64,000 bases of DNA from the human T2T-CHM13v2.0 reference genome, Homo sapiens, in assembly GCA_009914755.4 (NCBI GenBank), contig CP068257.2:2944001-3008000 (forward strand), in the 5' to 3' direction. Under the pieces are notes generated by a model that saw nothing but the letters and a program-made list of their open reading frames with translations, was not told where the DNA came from and made no database searches. The translations under genes were made by a program, and so were the position numbers. Below are positions 15,790 to 28,671 of this stretch, piece after piece (positions within the stretch are counted from its first letter, which is position 1; each line of letters starts with the position of its first letter).

Positions 15790-16140
15790 AGTGTCATAGT
15801 GCATCTTGGCTGCTATAACAAAATACCTTAGACTGGGTAAAGGATAAATAAGAGAAATGTATTTTTCACAGTTATGGAGTCTGGAAAGTGCAAGATCAAG
15901 GCAGCAGCAAATTTCGTATATGGTGAGAGCCCTATTCCCCATAGATGGTACCATCTCGCACATGGGACAAGGGCATTCCCTTCAACTTCCTTTGAAAGAG
16001 CACTGATTCCATTCATGAAGATGAAGAACTCTTGGCTTCACCACTTTCCCAAAGGCCTCACGCCTAAAATTATACACATGAATTTGAAAGGGGACATAAA
16101 CATTCAGGCCATAGCAATAAAAACTACATGGGTGATGGCA
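15790..16140 (+). mobile_element. MaLR-type LTR (MLT/MST/THE1-like)
   Basis: Contains 'cttggctgctataacaaaataccttagactgggtaaaggataaat...ttcacagttatggagtctggaaagtgcaagatcaaggcagcagcaaatttcgtatatggtgagagccct', which matches the hallmark MaLR LTR core ('ataacaaaatacc...gactgggtggcttaaacaac...tctggaggctggaagtccaagatcaaggtg'). Confidence 0.55.
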
Positions 16141-19100
16141 TCATTTATACATGAGGTGTAAAAATGTGATGTTCTTATCACAAAGGAAATAAATGATTTA
16201 TTCTTCATGGCATATATCAAAATGAAGGTCCAATGAAAATATTTTTTATGAAGATAAATCTATATGGCAAAAAATTAAGTATTGATAAGTTTAACCCTAC
16301 AGGTTGCATCAGGATTTTCAAGGTTTCCAGGGATGAGCAAGGCCCTGGAGTTTCCTCCTGTGACATTTTCCTGGAAGTTGCTCATGCTGTTATTCAATTT
16401 GAAAGTAGATAATATTGTTTGTTTCTCTTCCAATATTTACTAAATTCAAAATAATATAGGGCTCTTTACTCATAATTCTCAAACAATCATTCAGTCAGTG
16501 GGGCTCTGCTGAGGAAGAGCACAGACACATCCACACAAGTATAATGTTCCTCAAATAGAGGACTTCTCCTTGTGCTGGAGCCACCTATGTTGCACTCGAT
16601 CAGAGGCTTTCCCAGGATAGCATTTCTCTGCAGCCCTACCTCAGTCTTAACCCTGAAAATCCCACTCAGAAGGCGACGGATGAACACCCACCCTAGCATT
16701 CTAATCTAATGGATCCTCTCTTAACAATCCCTTCCAGGGATCTGGGATCTTTCCTGGATTCGTCGGCCACACACACCTAGGCTCAAAAATTTGGACAGAA
16801 ACTTTGATCCTCATTGGCCCTCCTGCCCTGTCCTACCAGCTTCTCTAGAAGTATGCTTCTCTAATTGCTCCTTAGAGACACTATCTAAGGGTATCAACCT
16901 GTGCCAATATAATTGATCTCATAAAGTGAGAAGGGAAATAGGCAAGAGTCCAGCTAGCCTAGAAGCAGTGTCTAGGGTTCCTTACCTGATTTATGTCTCT
17001 GATTTACCTAAATATTGACAAATACAGATTCACCTCTAGGCAGTAGAAAAACAGAAGGAGAAATCCCAGTTCGTAGAGGAAGAAGAAAATACAATCAATG
17101 CTGTCTAGAGTCCCGCTTAAGCTCAGCCACAGGGTAATAAGTCTCTTCAGGAAAAAGCAATTGTTGTCCATCATCTGAAAAACTGTGGCCTGGAACCATG
17201 GGCACCGAGAGTGCACACTGCCCACTAGAGTTCCATGCCTACATCATGGAGAGATAGAATAGTCTCAAAGGATTCTTAAGAGTAATGTGGGGACCAAAAG
17301 GAGATGAATCCACAGCCTCTGCCTTACCGTCTGATCTAACTAATAGTATTTCCAGACCTTTCTGTGGGCTGCACCAGGGGTTGTTCAGAAAGAAAAAAAG
17401 TTGTTAATGTCCCACCGTTTCCCGTAGCTTCCGAGGTCTGTGTTGTTCATACCCCAGGTTCCAGGTTGTTCTCCCACTACTTCCACAGAATCAGTGTGTC
17501 TCATTCCGGTACCTATAATCTCATCTTTATTCTAGTCACCCTCTACTTTTTTCTAGACACTTTATCTACTAGAGGCAGGTAAAATAGAGACAAGAATATT
17601 TACATAAAACTTAGCTGCAACTAAGTTGGAGTCCCATAACTGCTACTAGGCTGAGATGCAACTCAGAGGATACAAAAGCCAGGCTTGCCTAGAATTGCAG
17701 TTATGGGAAAGAAAGTCACATTTCACCCAGGAATTATTAGCACGAAATTCGAAGTTTGTGAAATAGATTCCTAGATGATTCCTAGATCCCCCAAACATTT
17801 CATCCTTATCTTGGAGGCAATCAGGAAGAGAAAATAAACCATACCTAATCAACAAATTATCTAACCAGCATGTGTGGAAAAGGAGGGAACATCATAGAGT
17901 TGGCTTGTTTTAGTACGTGTGGTGAAAAATGCCGCGAAGTCAGAGCTCAATTGGTCTCAAAAGCCTAAAAGATGGCACAGATTAGCTTCACGGGACACAT
18001 GGTATGGATGGTGTCGGCATACTGTTATGCTGAAGATGTCAAGAGTGGTGACTGATATCTCAAGAAGTGGGCCAAAAGTCCACTTCTGGTTACTCTGCTT
18101 GGTATGGTCTAGGAATTCTTCAACCATGAGACAAATAGGTCAACTTTCACCAGCAACCCCAAGTCTGGTTTGCAGTATTAGACTCTGCGTTAGACACAGA
18201 TTTAGGTTCAATCTGCAGCTTGATTGTTGTCACTCTCTAGAAAACAAACCCTTACCATGGACTTCTAGATGAGTGATCCAGTTAGATCAGCATCTGAGAT
18301 TGTCTCCAGTTTGCAGCCCAAAAGACATTCAGACAGTCTACAGTTTCCATTGTAGATAACCAAACAGATAGAATATGTGCCATTATCCCAAACCCTGAGT
18401 TCTGACCTTTGAGAGGAGCAACCACTCATGTCAGGTTCTGTATGGCTGGCACAGGTTAAACAGCCACAGCGGCCCAGTGGACATCATGAGGTTTCACCTT
18501 CCCTGACTCATCTATGAACCAGGACCAGTCATATAGGAAACACTCAGTAAATTGGGGGCCCCACAGAGACAGCATCTTTGCTTCAGAGGATAGAAGGAGG
18601 CATAAAATTTCAACCAGCTGGGGATGCTCTAGCCCTCTATGGGTGAAACTGAGTTTGTCAGGAGTTCTGCAGCAAGCTCTTAGCTGACTTTCAAATCAGT
18701 GTAACCAGTAGTGTGTCACTGAGTCCAAAAGCCCAAAGAACACCTCTGGGAGGAGGCTAGTCCTTTACTAGAGGCTCCAAATGCCAAAATCAAGATTTTC
18801 TTGACCTCAGGATGAATTGATCAATGCAAATCTCCCCAAATATTTTCACTAAACCTTAATTGGAAAGTAAGACTCCAGATTTTTTAACTCTCACTCAACA
18901 TAAATATCTGATTTTTTCACCTGAGATCTATGTATGTGTGTTGGAGCATGCCTTTACCAATCAGCATAAAGTTACATCTCTCCTTGCGCCTCTACTTTCT
19001 ACTTGTGCAGAGTTTAAAATGCAGAGGTGAGAGCTTAGGGTTTTCTGGGTCTTTTGCTAAGCATGTACCTGACCTTGAGCATCCCCAATTCCCCATTTCC

Positions 19101-19329
19101 TTCTTGATCCCAAAGACCGTTATCACAGTCTTAATTCCCAGCAGCTTTTCCTCCTAGAGCTTTTTGACATGATTATTCTTAGACCCAACTGATATCCTTC
19201 GTTCCTGGTAGACTGCGTAGCTCATTTCCATTTAAATGCTTTTAGAAATATTAAACTATGGATTTAAGATTTATCTGCTTTTTAAATTAAGTAATGCTGC
19301 TCTTAGCCTTCCACAGGACTTGAGGGTTA

Positions 19330-22300
19330 TAAAAAAAAAGGAAGAAAATAATTATTTTATACCAATAGTATGAAAAAGAGACTGGGAATGACTATATTAA
19401 TAGCAGACAAAATAGACTTAAAAACTTAAAAGAGACAATAAGACATTATATAGTCATAGATTGTCCATTTGGCAGGAAGATAGAAATAGTTTAAACCCAT
19501 ACCTAATAATAAAACATTGAGATATAGAAAGCATAACTTGACAGAATTAAAGGGGCAAAAAGGCAGTTCTAAAATAATAGTTGAAGATGTTAATACTCCA
19601 CTCTGAGTAATGAATAGAAAAATGAGATAGATGATAAATTAGGAAATAGAGTTCTTGAATAACTCAATGAACCAAATTGATCTAACAGATATATACAATA
19701 TACTCCATCCAACAAAAGAGACTACACACACTTCTCAAATGCACATGGGGATTTCCCCACGATGGGCTGTGTAGTAGATCTCAAATTAAATCAATAACAG
19801 AAGAAACGTTAGAAAGTTTACAAAACTGTATAAATTAAACAACATACCCTTAAACAACAAATAAGTAAAGGAAGAAATCACAGAGGAAGTTGGAACATAC
19901 TTACAGAGGAAGAAAAATGAAAACAAAACACATCAAAAGTTAAGGGAAACAGCAAAAAGAGTGCTAAGATGTAAAGTTTGCAGCTAAAATACATTTAAAA
20001 AGAACAAAGATTTCAAATAAATAATAACTTTATCACCTAGTAAATTAGAAAAATAACACCAAATTAGATGCAAAGCAAAGAGAAAGAAGAACATATTAAA
20101 GCTTTTAGCAGAGATAAATGCAATGGAGATTATACAAACCACAGAATTCCAAAAAACCAAAAGTTCATTCTCACTTCTTCAAAAAATTAACAATTGGCAA
20201 ACTTTCAGCTACACACACAAAAAATTAACAGCATATTCACATACTAAAATGAGAAATGAAAGTGGGACATTACTACTAATTCAAAGAATTAAAATGTTTA
20301 AAAAACTGTACTGTGAACTATGATAGGATGATAAATTGGAAAACGTAGATAAAGTGGGCAGATTCCTAGGTATACAAGACTTGATTACAAAGAAATACAA
20401 AATCTGAATAGATACAAAACTACTAAGGAAATGGAATCAGTAATTAAAAGCCTCCTCATAAAGAAAAGCCCTTATTTTGTTGGCTTCACTAGTGATTTAG
20501 ATCAAGCATTTATAGAACAAAAATCCTTTCCAAAGTCTACCAAAAGCCTGAACAGAGCAGTTCCAAACTTATTCCATGAAGCCACCATTAGCTCATACCG
20601 AAGCCAGACAAAGATACTACAAAAACCCATAGACTAATATCCCTTATGAACACGGAGGCAAAACTAGTCAGCAACATCCTAGCTAACTACATTCAGCAGC
20701 ATACTAGCAAGATTACAACCCATGACCAAGGGGAGTTTATTATTGGAATGAAAGGAAGTTTTAGCATATGGGTGGTTTCAGTGCAGTGGTGTTTACAAAT
20801 AATTGATCACAACCAGTATAGATTTCTTTATTCTTTTTCCAGTCTCACTGGTTCACTTAGCTAGCCTTTCTTAACAAAAGTTTAAGCATATGAAAATTAA
20901 TCAATGCATATGCCACATTGACAAACTTTTTAAAAAGTATTCTCTCATTAATACAGATAACGTATTTTACAAAATTCAAAATATTTTATAATAAAAACAA
21001 TAAATTAGGAATAAAAGGAAACCAGCTTTGTAAAATTCACATATAAAAACCCACAGCAAACAACATATTCCAGAGGAAAAGATCAAAAGAGTTTCCTCTA
21101 AGCTCTGAAGACAGAGTGAATATCTGCTCTTGCCAGCCACTTTTATTCAACACTGTATTAGAAGTTTCATTCAGAGAAATTAAAAAAGACAATGAAATAA
21201 ACTGCATCAAAGTGTGTACAGAAAATATATTCTTATATGTAGAAAATCTTTAAGATTCCACACAAAAAATATTACAACTAATAAATTCAGCTGAATAGTA
21301 GCATACAAAATCAACATACAAAAACAAACTGCATTTTATGTAGTAACATGAATAATCTGAGAAGAAAACTCTGAAAACAATTCAATTTACAATAGTATCA
21401 AAAGAATAAAGTAGTTAGGAAGTAACGAAGAAGTAAAATGCCAATTACTCTTGTGTAGATATTAAAAAATCAATTTTTAAGTTTATGGGGAATCTCAAAG
21501 ATCTTTAAATTGCAAAAATAATTTTGAAAAAAATACCAAAGTTAGACAAGTCACACTTAATGATTTCAAGACTTACTACAAAATTCCAAAATAGCATGCT
21601 ACAAAGAGACTAATGGAGTAATATAGAAGGCCCATATAAATAAACCCTCATATATAAGGTCAAATGATTTTTATGGGAAATGAACTGCCTTTACAACAAT
21701 TAGTGCTGGGGAAATTGGGTGCCCACATGTAAAAGAGTGAAGCTGGGCCCTTAACTTCTACTATAAGAAAAAATTAACTAACTGGATCAAAGACCTAAAT
21801 GTAAGAGCTAAAACTACAAAATTCTTACTATAAAATGTAGGTAAAACACGTCATAAGGCTGGATTTGGCAGTGATTTCTTTTAACAGGGCACCAAAAACG
21901 CAAGAAACAAAAGAAAAATAAATAAAGAGGACTCTATCCAGAATATACAAAGAACAATTCAGCAATAATAAACTACTTGTTTAAAATATGGGCAAAATAC
22001 TTAAACAGATATTTCTCTAAAAATTATGTGAAGTGGCTTATAAGCCCATGAAAAGGTACTCAACAAAACCTTTTCATTTTCATTAGTAAAATGAAAATCT
22101 AACCCCAAATGACATATCACTTAATGCACATCAGCATAACTAGTACAAAAAGAAAAAAAAAACAGAAAATCACAAGTGTTGGTGAGGAAGTGGAGCAGTT
22201 AGAACCCTTGTACACTTGGTGGAAATGTAAAATGCTGCAGCTGCTATAAAACAACACCATAGTAACGAAATAATTTACACTCAAAATCACCGTATGATCC

Positions 22301-22870
22301 AGCAATTTCACATCTTGGTATGTTGCAAAAGATGTGAAAGCGAAGACACAAAATAATACACGTACACCTAAGCTCATAGCAGCATGACTCACTTCACTCA
22401 AAAGGTTTTTGAATTACCTGTGTTGTTTGAATTATCATCAATGAATAAATAGATAAAATGTGATTTATACATACAGTGGGATATTATTCAGTTATGAAAA
22501 ATAAGGAAATTCTGACACATGGTACGTCATGCATGAACCTTAAGGACATTGTGCAAAGTGACATGAGCCAGTCATAAAAGGACAAATACTGTATCATTCC
22601 ACTTATGAGATACTTAGAGTAGTTAAATTCTGGAAACCCACGTAGAAGAGTGGTTCCTAGGAGCTGGAGGGGGAGTAACAGGGAGCTGTTATTTAATGTG
22701 TATTGAATTTTGGTTTGGAAGTTGAAAAAAGATCCTTATGAATGGGAATAATAGTTGCAAAACAATGTGAGTGTAGTTAATTTCTCTGAGCTGAACACTT
22801 AAAATAGTTAAGATGGTTAATTTTATGTATACTTTGCCAAAATGTAAAAAATATTTTTTAAATAAACAAA
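19330..22870 (+). mobile_element. Ancient L1 LINE fragment, plus strand, running from ORF2 to the 3' end
   Basis: Degenerate ORF2 translation. Residues around 19360-19800 resemble the L1 endonuclease N-terminal region. 20646..20864 reads '[39 protein letters not shown]' against L1 ORF2 '[39 protein letters not shown]'. Typical L1M/L1P 3'-end sequence lies at 22400-22870. Many stops and frameshifts are present. Confidence 0.7.
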
Positions 22871-23457
22871 CTATAGCTATCTGCAATAGCATGAATTAAT
22901 ATCATAAATATAAAGTTGCCTAGAAGAAAGTAGATGTAAAAGTATACATATTATATAATTTCACTTATATAAAATCCAGAAAGTGAACACAACTGAGGTT
23001 CTGGTTTCCAGTAATAATGAAGTAGACTAGTTCGTTGAATAACTATTTCACAGATAACAATAATAAAGCTTAATAAAATACTATATTTTGCTATATAGAA
23101 AGGCACACTGTTTAGAAGACTGAATGAAGATTTTATCTATGCCACTGTGGAAGAGATAAGGATTGGGGTTTGAATCTATTCAAATTAACTCCCTCTTAAA
23201 ATAATAATTTTCAAAGAAATACAACAGAATCCAGAGTCCCTGTAGTTCCTATCACACAATTTAAAAATTCATGAGATGTGTGAAGAAGCATGAAAGTGTA
23301 ATCGATTCACAAGATAAAAAGCAGACAATAGAACCTATTCTCAAGATGTGCAAGATGCTGTAATCAGTAGATAAGATTTGAAAGAAGCTATGGTAAGTAC
23401 GTTCATGGGGGTAAAAGAAAACAGTCTCATGACAAGTGAACAGAAGCGTAACTGTAC

Positions 23458-23911
23458 ATTTCATGCGCGTCCGTGTGAAGAGACCACCAAACAGGCTGTG
23501 TGTGAGCAACATGGCTGTTTATTTCACCTGGGTGCACGCGGGCTGCGTCCGAAAAGAGAGTCAGCGAAGGGAGATAAGGGTGGAGCCGTTTTATAGGATT
23601 TGGGTAGGTAAAGGAAAATTACAGTCAAAGGGGGTTTGTTCTCTGGCGGGCAGGAGTGGGGGTCGCAAGATGCTCAGTGGGGGTGCTTTTTGAGCCAGGA
23701 TGAGCCAGGAAAAGGACTCTCACAAGATAATGTCATCAGTTAAGGCAAGGACCGGCCATTTACACTTCTTTTGTGGTGGAATGTCATCAGTTAAGGTGGG
23801 GCAGGGCATATTCACTTATTTTGTGATTCTTCAGTTACTTCAGGCCATCTGGGCGTATACGTGCAAGTCACGGGGGATGCGATGGCTTGGCTTGGTCTCA
23901 GAGGCCTGACA
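23458..23911 (-). mobile_element. LTR7 (HERV-H LTR), minus strand
   Basis: The reverse complement runs from 'tgtcaggcctctgagaccaagccaagccatcgcatcccc' to '...caaagcctgtttggtggtctcttcacacggacgcgcatgaaa'. This matches the LTR7 consensus, which starts TGTCAGGCCTCTGAGCCCAAGC and ends ...GGTGGTCTCTTCACACGGACGCGCATGAAA. It includes the internally duplicated 'ggccggt(c/t)cttgccttaactgatgacattccaccacaaaagaagtg' segment. Confidence 0.85.
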
Positions 23912-24502
23912 TACACTCCCAGTCTTTTGGTCACAGGGCTGTGGGACTGAGGAGGGAAATTAAAGAAAAATAAAATTAAAAAGAAAGAGAAATAAATTTT
24001 CTTGTATTGGGCTGACTTGTCCCAGAGGCTTCAACAGGCACAGCCCAGAACCAGGAATAGTCTTGATAATATTATCTAATGTGCTCTGGAGGCTCTCCCA
24101 ACGCTCCCCCAACATCGGGAAAAGAAAAACAAATTTCCTTTTTTTACGGAATGAGTTTATAGATTCTTGTTCTCTGTAACTAGTGACTTCAAGTATTCTG
24201 TTTTATCTAAGAAGTACAATGTAAGTCATGAGAAGCCTGAGTAGGCTGAACTACAGCTGTTTGGGCACCATAGTGAGGGTTATAGGATAAGCCCATGCCC
24301 AGGGAAACCTAGAAAATGGACATGTGGTTTGCTTGGCAACGGTCATGTGCAATCCTGTCTGTCCTGCCTCTGTATCCCTGCTTTCACGCCACTGTAAACT
24401 TGCTTCAAGCTAGCCCACCACCTTTTGTGAAATGTGCATAAAAGTCAGGTTCTGTCTTTGTTCCGGGCCCAGTCTTTTTGATGTGAGTTAGCTTGTCCTC
24501 AG

Positions 24503-24907
24503 TTTCATGCGCGTCCGTGTGAAGAGACCACCAAACAGGCTTCGTGTAAGCAATAAAAGCTTTTAATCACCTGGGTGCAGGCAGGCTGAGTCCGAAAAGA
24601 GAGTCAGCAAACGTAGATAGGGATGGGGCCATTTTATAGGATTTGGGTAGGTAAAGGAAAAAGGGGGATTGTTCTCTGGCGGGCAGGAGTGGGGGGGTCA
24701 CAAGGTACTCAGTTGGGGAGCTTTTGAGCCAGGATGAGCCAGGAGAAGGAATTTCACAAGACAATGTCATCAGTTAAGGCAGGAACAGGCCATTTTCACT
24801 TCTTTTGTGGTGGAATGTCATCAGTTAAAACAAGAACCGGCCATCTGGATGTGTACGTGCAGGTCACAGAAGGTACGATGGCTTAGCTTAGGCTCAGAGG
24901 CCTGACA
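24503..24907 (-). mobile_element. Second LTR7 (HERV-H LTR) copy, minus strand
   Basis: 'tttcatgcgcgtccgtgtgaagagaccaccaaacaggcttcgtgtaagcaataaaagctttt...cttagcttaggctcagaggcctgaca'. Same orientation and end motifs as the first copy, and about 90% similar to it. Confidence 0.85.
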
Positions 24908-24974
24908 CTGAGTGCACTCAATAAAAATTCTCCTGTTTCAACCCGGGGTCTCTCTCATCCTCCTGAATCCCGCA

Positions 24975-27870
24975 ACGGGAGAATTCCAGCATGCACCAGG
25001 TTCACGGGACAGTGCGCGGTCACTGAAAGAAGAGTGGGGCGGGGAGGGTGGTGTGCGGCTGTGAGCACCTCTTGTGCTTGCTGGGAGATGTAGTCTTATA
25101 AAGACTCCCAGCCCTTTGGTCACAGGGCTGCAGCACCCCAATTCCAGCATACACCGGAATCAGAGACAGTGCGCGCTGGCAGAGGAAGAGGTAGAGCTGT
25201 GCGTGACTCGCTGGGCTTGATGGAAAATGTAATCTCATGAACACTCCTTAATGAACAGTGCGCCTCACTGGAGGAAAAGGCGGGGCTGTGCAGGCCTTGC
25301 TTTGCTTGCTGAGAGATGCTGTCTCATAAACACTCCCAGCCCTTTGGTCACAGGGCTGCAGGACTACATTCCCATCATGCACCGGGATCAGGGATAGTGC
25401 ATGTGCCTGGGTGAAGAGACACAGTTTTGCGAGCCTCCTTTGGCTTCCTGGGAGATGTAGTTTCATAAAGACACCCAGACTTTTCATTACAGGGCAGCCG
25501 GACTACAATCCCAGTATGCACCAAGATCAAGGATAGTGCGCGTAACTGCAGAATGAGGCGGCATTGTGCACGCCTCGCTGGACTTGGTGGGATATGTATT
25601 CTCATAAACATACCCAACCCTTTGGTCATAGGGCGGGAAGACTACAATCCCAGCATGCACCTGGCTAAGAGACAGTGCCTGTCACTGGAGGAAGAGGCGG
25701 AAGACTACAATCCCAGCCAGCACCGGGCTCAGGGAAATTGTGCGTCAGTGGAGGAAGAGGCGGGGTTGTGTGCTACTCGCCAGGCTTGCTGGGAGTTGTA
25801 TTCTCATAAAACCTCCCAGCCCTTTCATCACAGGGCTGAAGGACTACACTTCCAGCCCCAGCATGCACTGGGCTCAGGGACAGCGCGCGTCACTGGAGGA
25901 AGAGGGAGGGCTTTGCGCTTCTATCTGTGATTTTTTGGGAGATGTAGTCTCATTAACGCTCCCAGCCCTTTGGTCACAGAGATCCAGGACTGCAATCCCA
26001 ACATGCACCCAGCTCAGGGATAGTGCGCTAATCACTGCAGGAAGAGGCAGGGCTGTGTGCACCTCCTGGGCGTACTGGGAGATGTATTCTCATAAACACT
26101 CCCATCCCTTTGGTCATAAGGCTGCAGGACTACAATCCTAGCATGCACCCAGCTCAGTGACAGTGCGCTAGTCTAAGGAGAAAGAGGCAGGGCAGTGTGC
26201 GCCTTGCTGGGCTTCCTGGGAGATGTAGTCCCATGGCGTCTCCCTGCCCTATGGTCACAGTGCTATAAGACTACAATCCCAGCATGCACGGGGCTCAGGG
26301 AGAGTCCACATCACTGCAGAAAGAGGGGCAGGTTGTGCGCACCTCGCTGCGTTTGCTGGGAGATGTTGTTTCATAAAGACTCTCAGACCTTTTGTCACAG
26401 GGCTACAGGACTACAATCCCAGGATGCATCGGGATCAAAGCAGTATGCGACACGGGGAAAAGATGCGGAGCTGTGTGCGTCTCCCTAGGTCTTCTGGGAG
26501 ATGTGGTCTCTTGGCCCTTTGGTCACAGGGCTGCAGGACTACAATGCCAGCATGCAGCGGGTTCATGGACAGTGTGTATCACTGGAGGAAGACGTGGAGC
26601 TGTGCGTGCCTCGCTGGGCTTGCAGGGAGATGCAGTCTCATAACTACCCCAGTCGTTTGGTCGCAGGGCTGCAGCAGTACAATTTCAGCATATCTCTGGC
26701 TCAGGGAGAGTGCACTAGTCACTGAAGGAAGAGGTAGGTCTGTGCGCACCTCTCTGGGCTTGCTGGGAGAGGTAGTCTCATAAACACTACCAGCCCTTTC
26801 ATCACATCGCTGTAGGACTACAATTCCAGCATGCACGGGGCGCCGGGGCAGTCCGCCTCACTGGAGGAAGAGAAAGGCGTGTGAGCGCCTTGCTGGGCTT
26901 TCTGGGAGATGTTGTCTCTTTATTTCTCCCAGCCCTTTGGTCACAGGGCTTCAAGACTACAATCCCAGCATGCATCCTGCTCAGGGACAACGCGCGTCAC
27001 TGTAGGAAGAGGTGGACCTGTGCTGTTCTCGCTATGCTTTTTGGGATACGTATTCTCGTAAACACTCCCAGCCCTTTGGTCACTGGGCTGCATCACTACA
27101 ATCCCAGCATACATCGGGATCAGGGAGAGTGCGCTAATCAGTGGAGAAAGGGGCCAGGCTCTGCACACCTCGCTGGTCTTGCTGGGAGATGCAGTCTCAT
27201 AAACACTCCCAGCCCTTTGGTCACTGGGCTGCAGCGCTACAATCCTAGCATGGACCGGGCGCAGGGAATGTGCGCGTCACTGGAGGAAGAGGCAGGGTTG
27301 TGCAAGCCTCTCTGGGCTTGGTGGGAGTTGCAGTCTCATAAACACTCCCAGACCTCTCATCACCGGGCTGCAGGACTACAATCCCAGCATGCACCCGGCT
27401 CAGGGAGAGTGCGCATTACTGGAGGAAAAGTCTAGGCTGTGGATGCCTCCTTCTGCTTGCTGGGAGATGTAGTTTCATAAAGACTCCCAGAACTTGTGTC
27501 ACAGGGCTGCAGGACTACCATCCCATTATGCACTGGGGTTAGGGACACGGCCCGTCAGTGGAGAAAGAGGCGGGGCTGTGTGCGTCTCCTTCGGCTTGCT
27601 GGGAGATGTATTCTTATAAACACTCCCAGCCCTTTGGTCAAAGGGCTACAGGACTACAATCCCAGCATGTGCCAGTCTCGGGGGCGAGGTACAGGCCTGG
27701 AAGAAGGGGCAGAGTGGTACACGCCCCACCTAATATGCTGGGAGCTGTAGTCTGTTAACTGCTCTCAGCCTGTTTGTCGGTAGGCTTCAGAACTATAATC
27801 ACAGCATGTACCGGGACCCGGGGTGCATAGCCCTGGAGGGAGGGGCAGAGCGGTGTGGACTTCCCGGTGT
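24975..27870. repeat. Tandem satellite array of about 20 copies of a ~140-bp CpG-rich unit, possibly ACRO1-type
   Basis: The unit '...ctcccagccctttggtcacagggctgcaggactacaatcccagcatgcaccgggctcagggacagtgcgcgtcactggaggaagaggcggggctgtgtgcgcctcgctgggcttgctgggagatgtagtctcataaaca' recurs head-to-tail. 'tggtcac' anchors recur about every 135-145 bp. All overlapping ORFs of 60-184 aa on both strands are frame artefacts of the repeat. Confidence 0.8.
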
Positions 27871-28671
27871 CCAAAGCACTGCTGAGTTCTTATGCTATGC
27901 CGACTCTTTGCCAAGGAGAATGAGTACATAGGTGGACCTAGAGGACAGGTCTGCGCTGAGCATTGAGGAGGGTATTACCCTACATAGGCACCTTACCTTT
28001 GCCCAAATCGGGCGGGTTGTCCTCAACTGATTGGCCCTATCCTTCTCAAGTTCCTCTTTCAGCTGCACCCAGGGTTCTTTCCAGAGCATTGCGCCTTCTG
28101 CAGCCCAGGGCGCTGCCTTCTTTCCTAAACTGCTGTGGAAACTGTCCTGATGTCTGAGACACTGTCCATTGTGCCGCAGCCCTCTTTTTTCTCTAGCCAA
28201 GCCTCATGCTCAACAGCTTTTGAGAGAAATCTTCCACGTGGCCTGCTTATGAACAGCTTCAGAATTCTGTAGGGGGTGACAAGGTCTGTGGCTTCCTGGA
28301 AATGTCACTCTCAATGGCGCCTTTTTCACGAATGTGAAAGTTGAGGCATCAGGAAGGTTAATTATTGGGTTGCACAAAATCTGCTAAGAGCAAAGGAGAA
28401 AACCTCATTTCCGAGGCATGAGTCTTGTGAGCCATTTTCATCAACCCATTTAAGTGGACAAGCTCCAAAATGAAACCTGAAGCTGCTGACTATTTAGGCA
28501 TTTTACACTTGAAATCATCGGTCTCATCTCAAGTCACTCCTGACTTGCCAGTGTCTCAGAAACACAAATGGGACCGGATCCCTCAGGAGCAGATAGTGTT
28601 CCAGCTTTGTTGGAGCGACATTTAAGATGTGGAGCACTTGGGGTCGTTTGAAACCCGCTATCTTCAGTAGG

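Noticed and set aside
25375-27758. Many overlapping 60-184-aa ORFs on both strands (e.g. 26881..27435, 184 aa)
   Set aside because: They lie entirely within the 140-bp tandem array. Their periodic, repeating peptide sequences are frame artefacts of the satellite, not genes.
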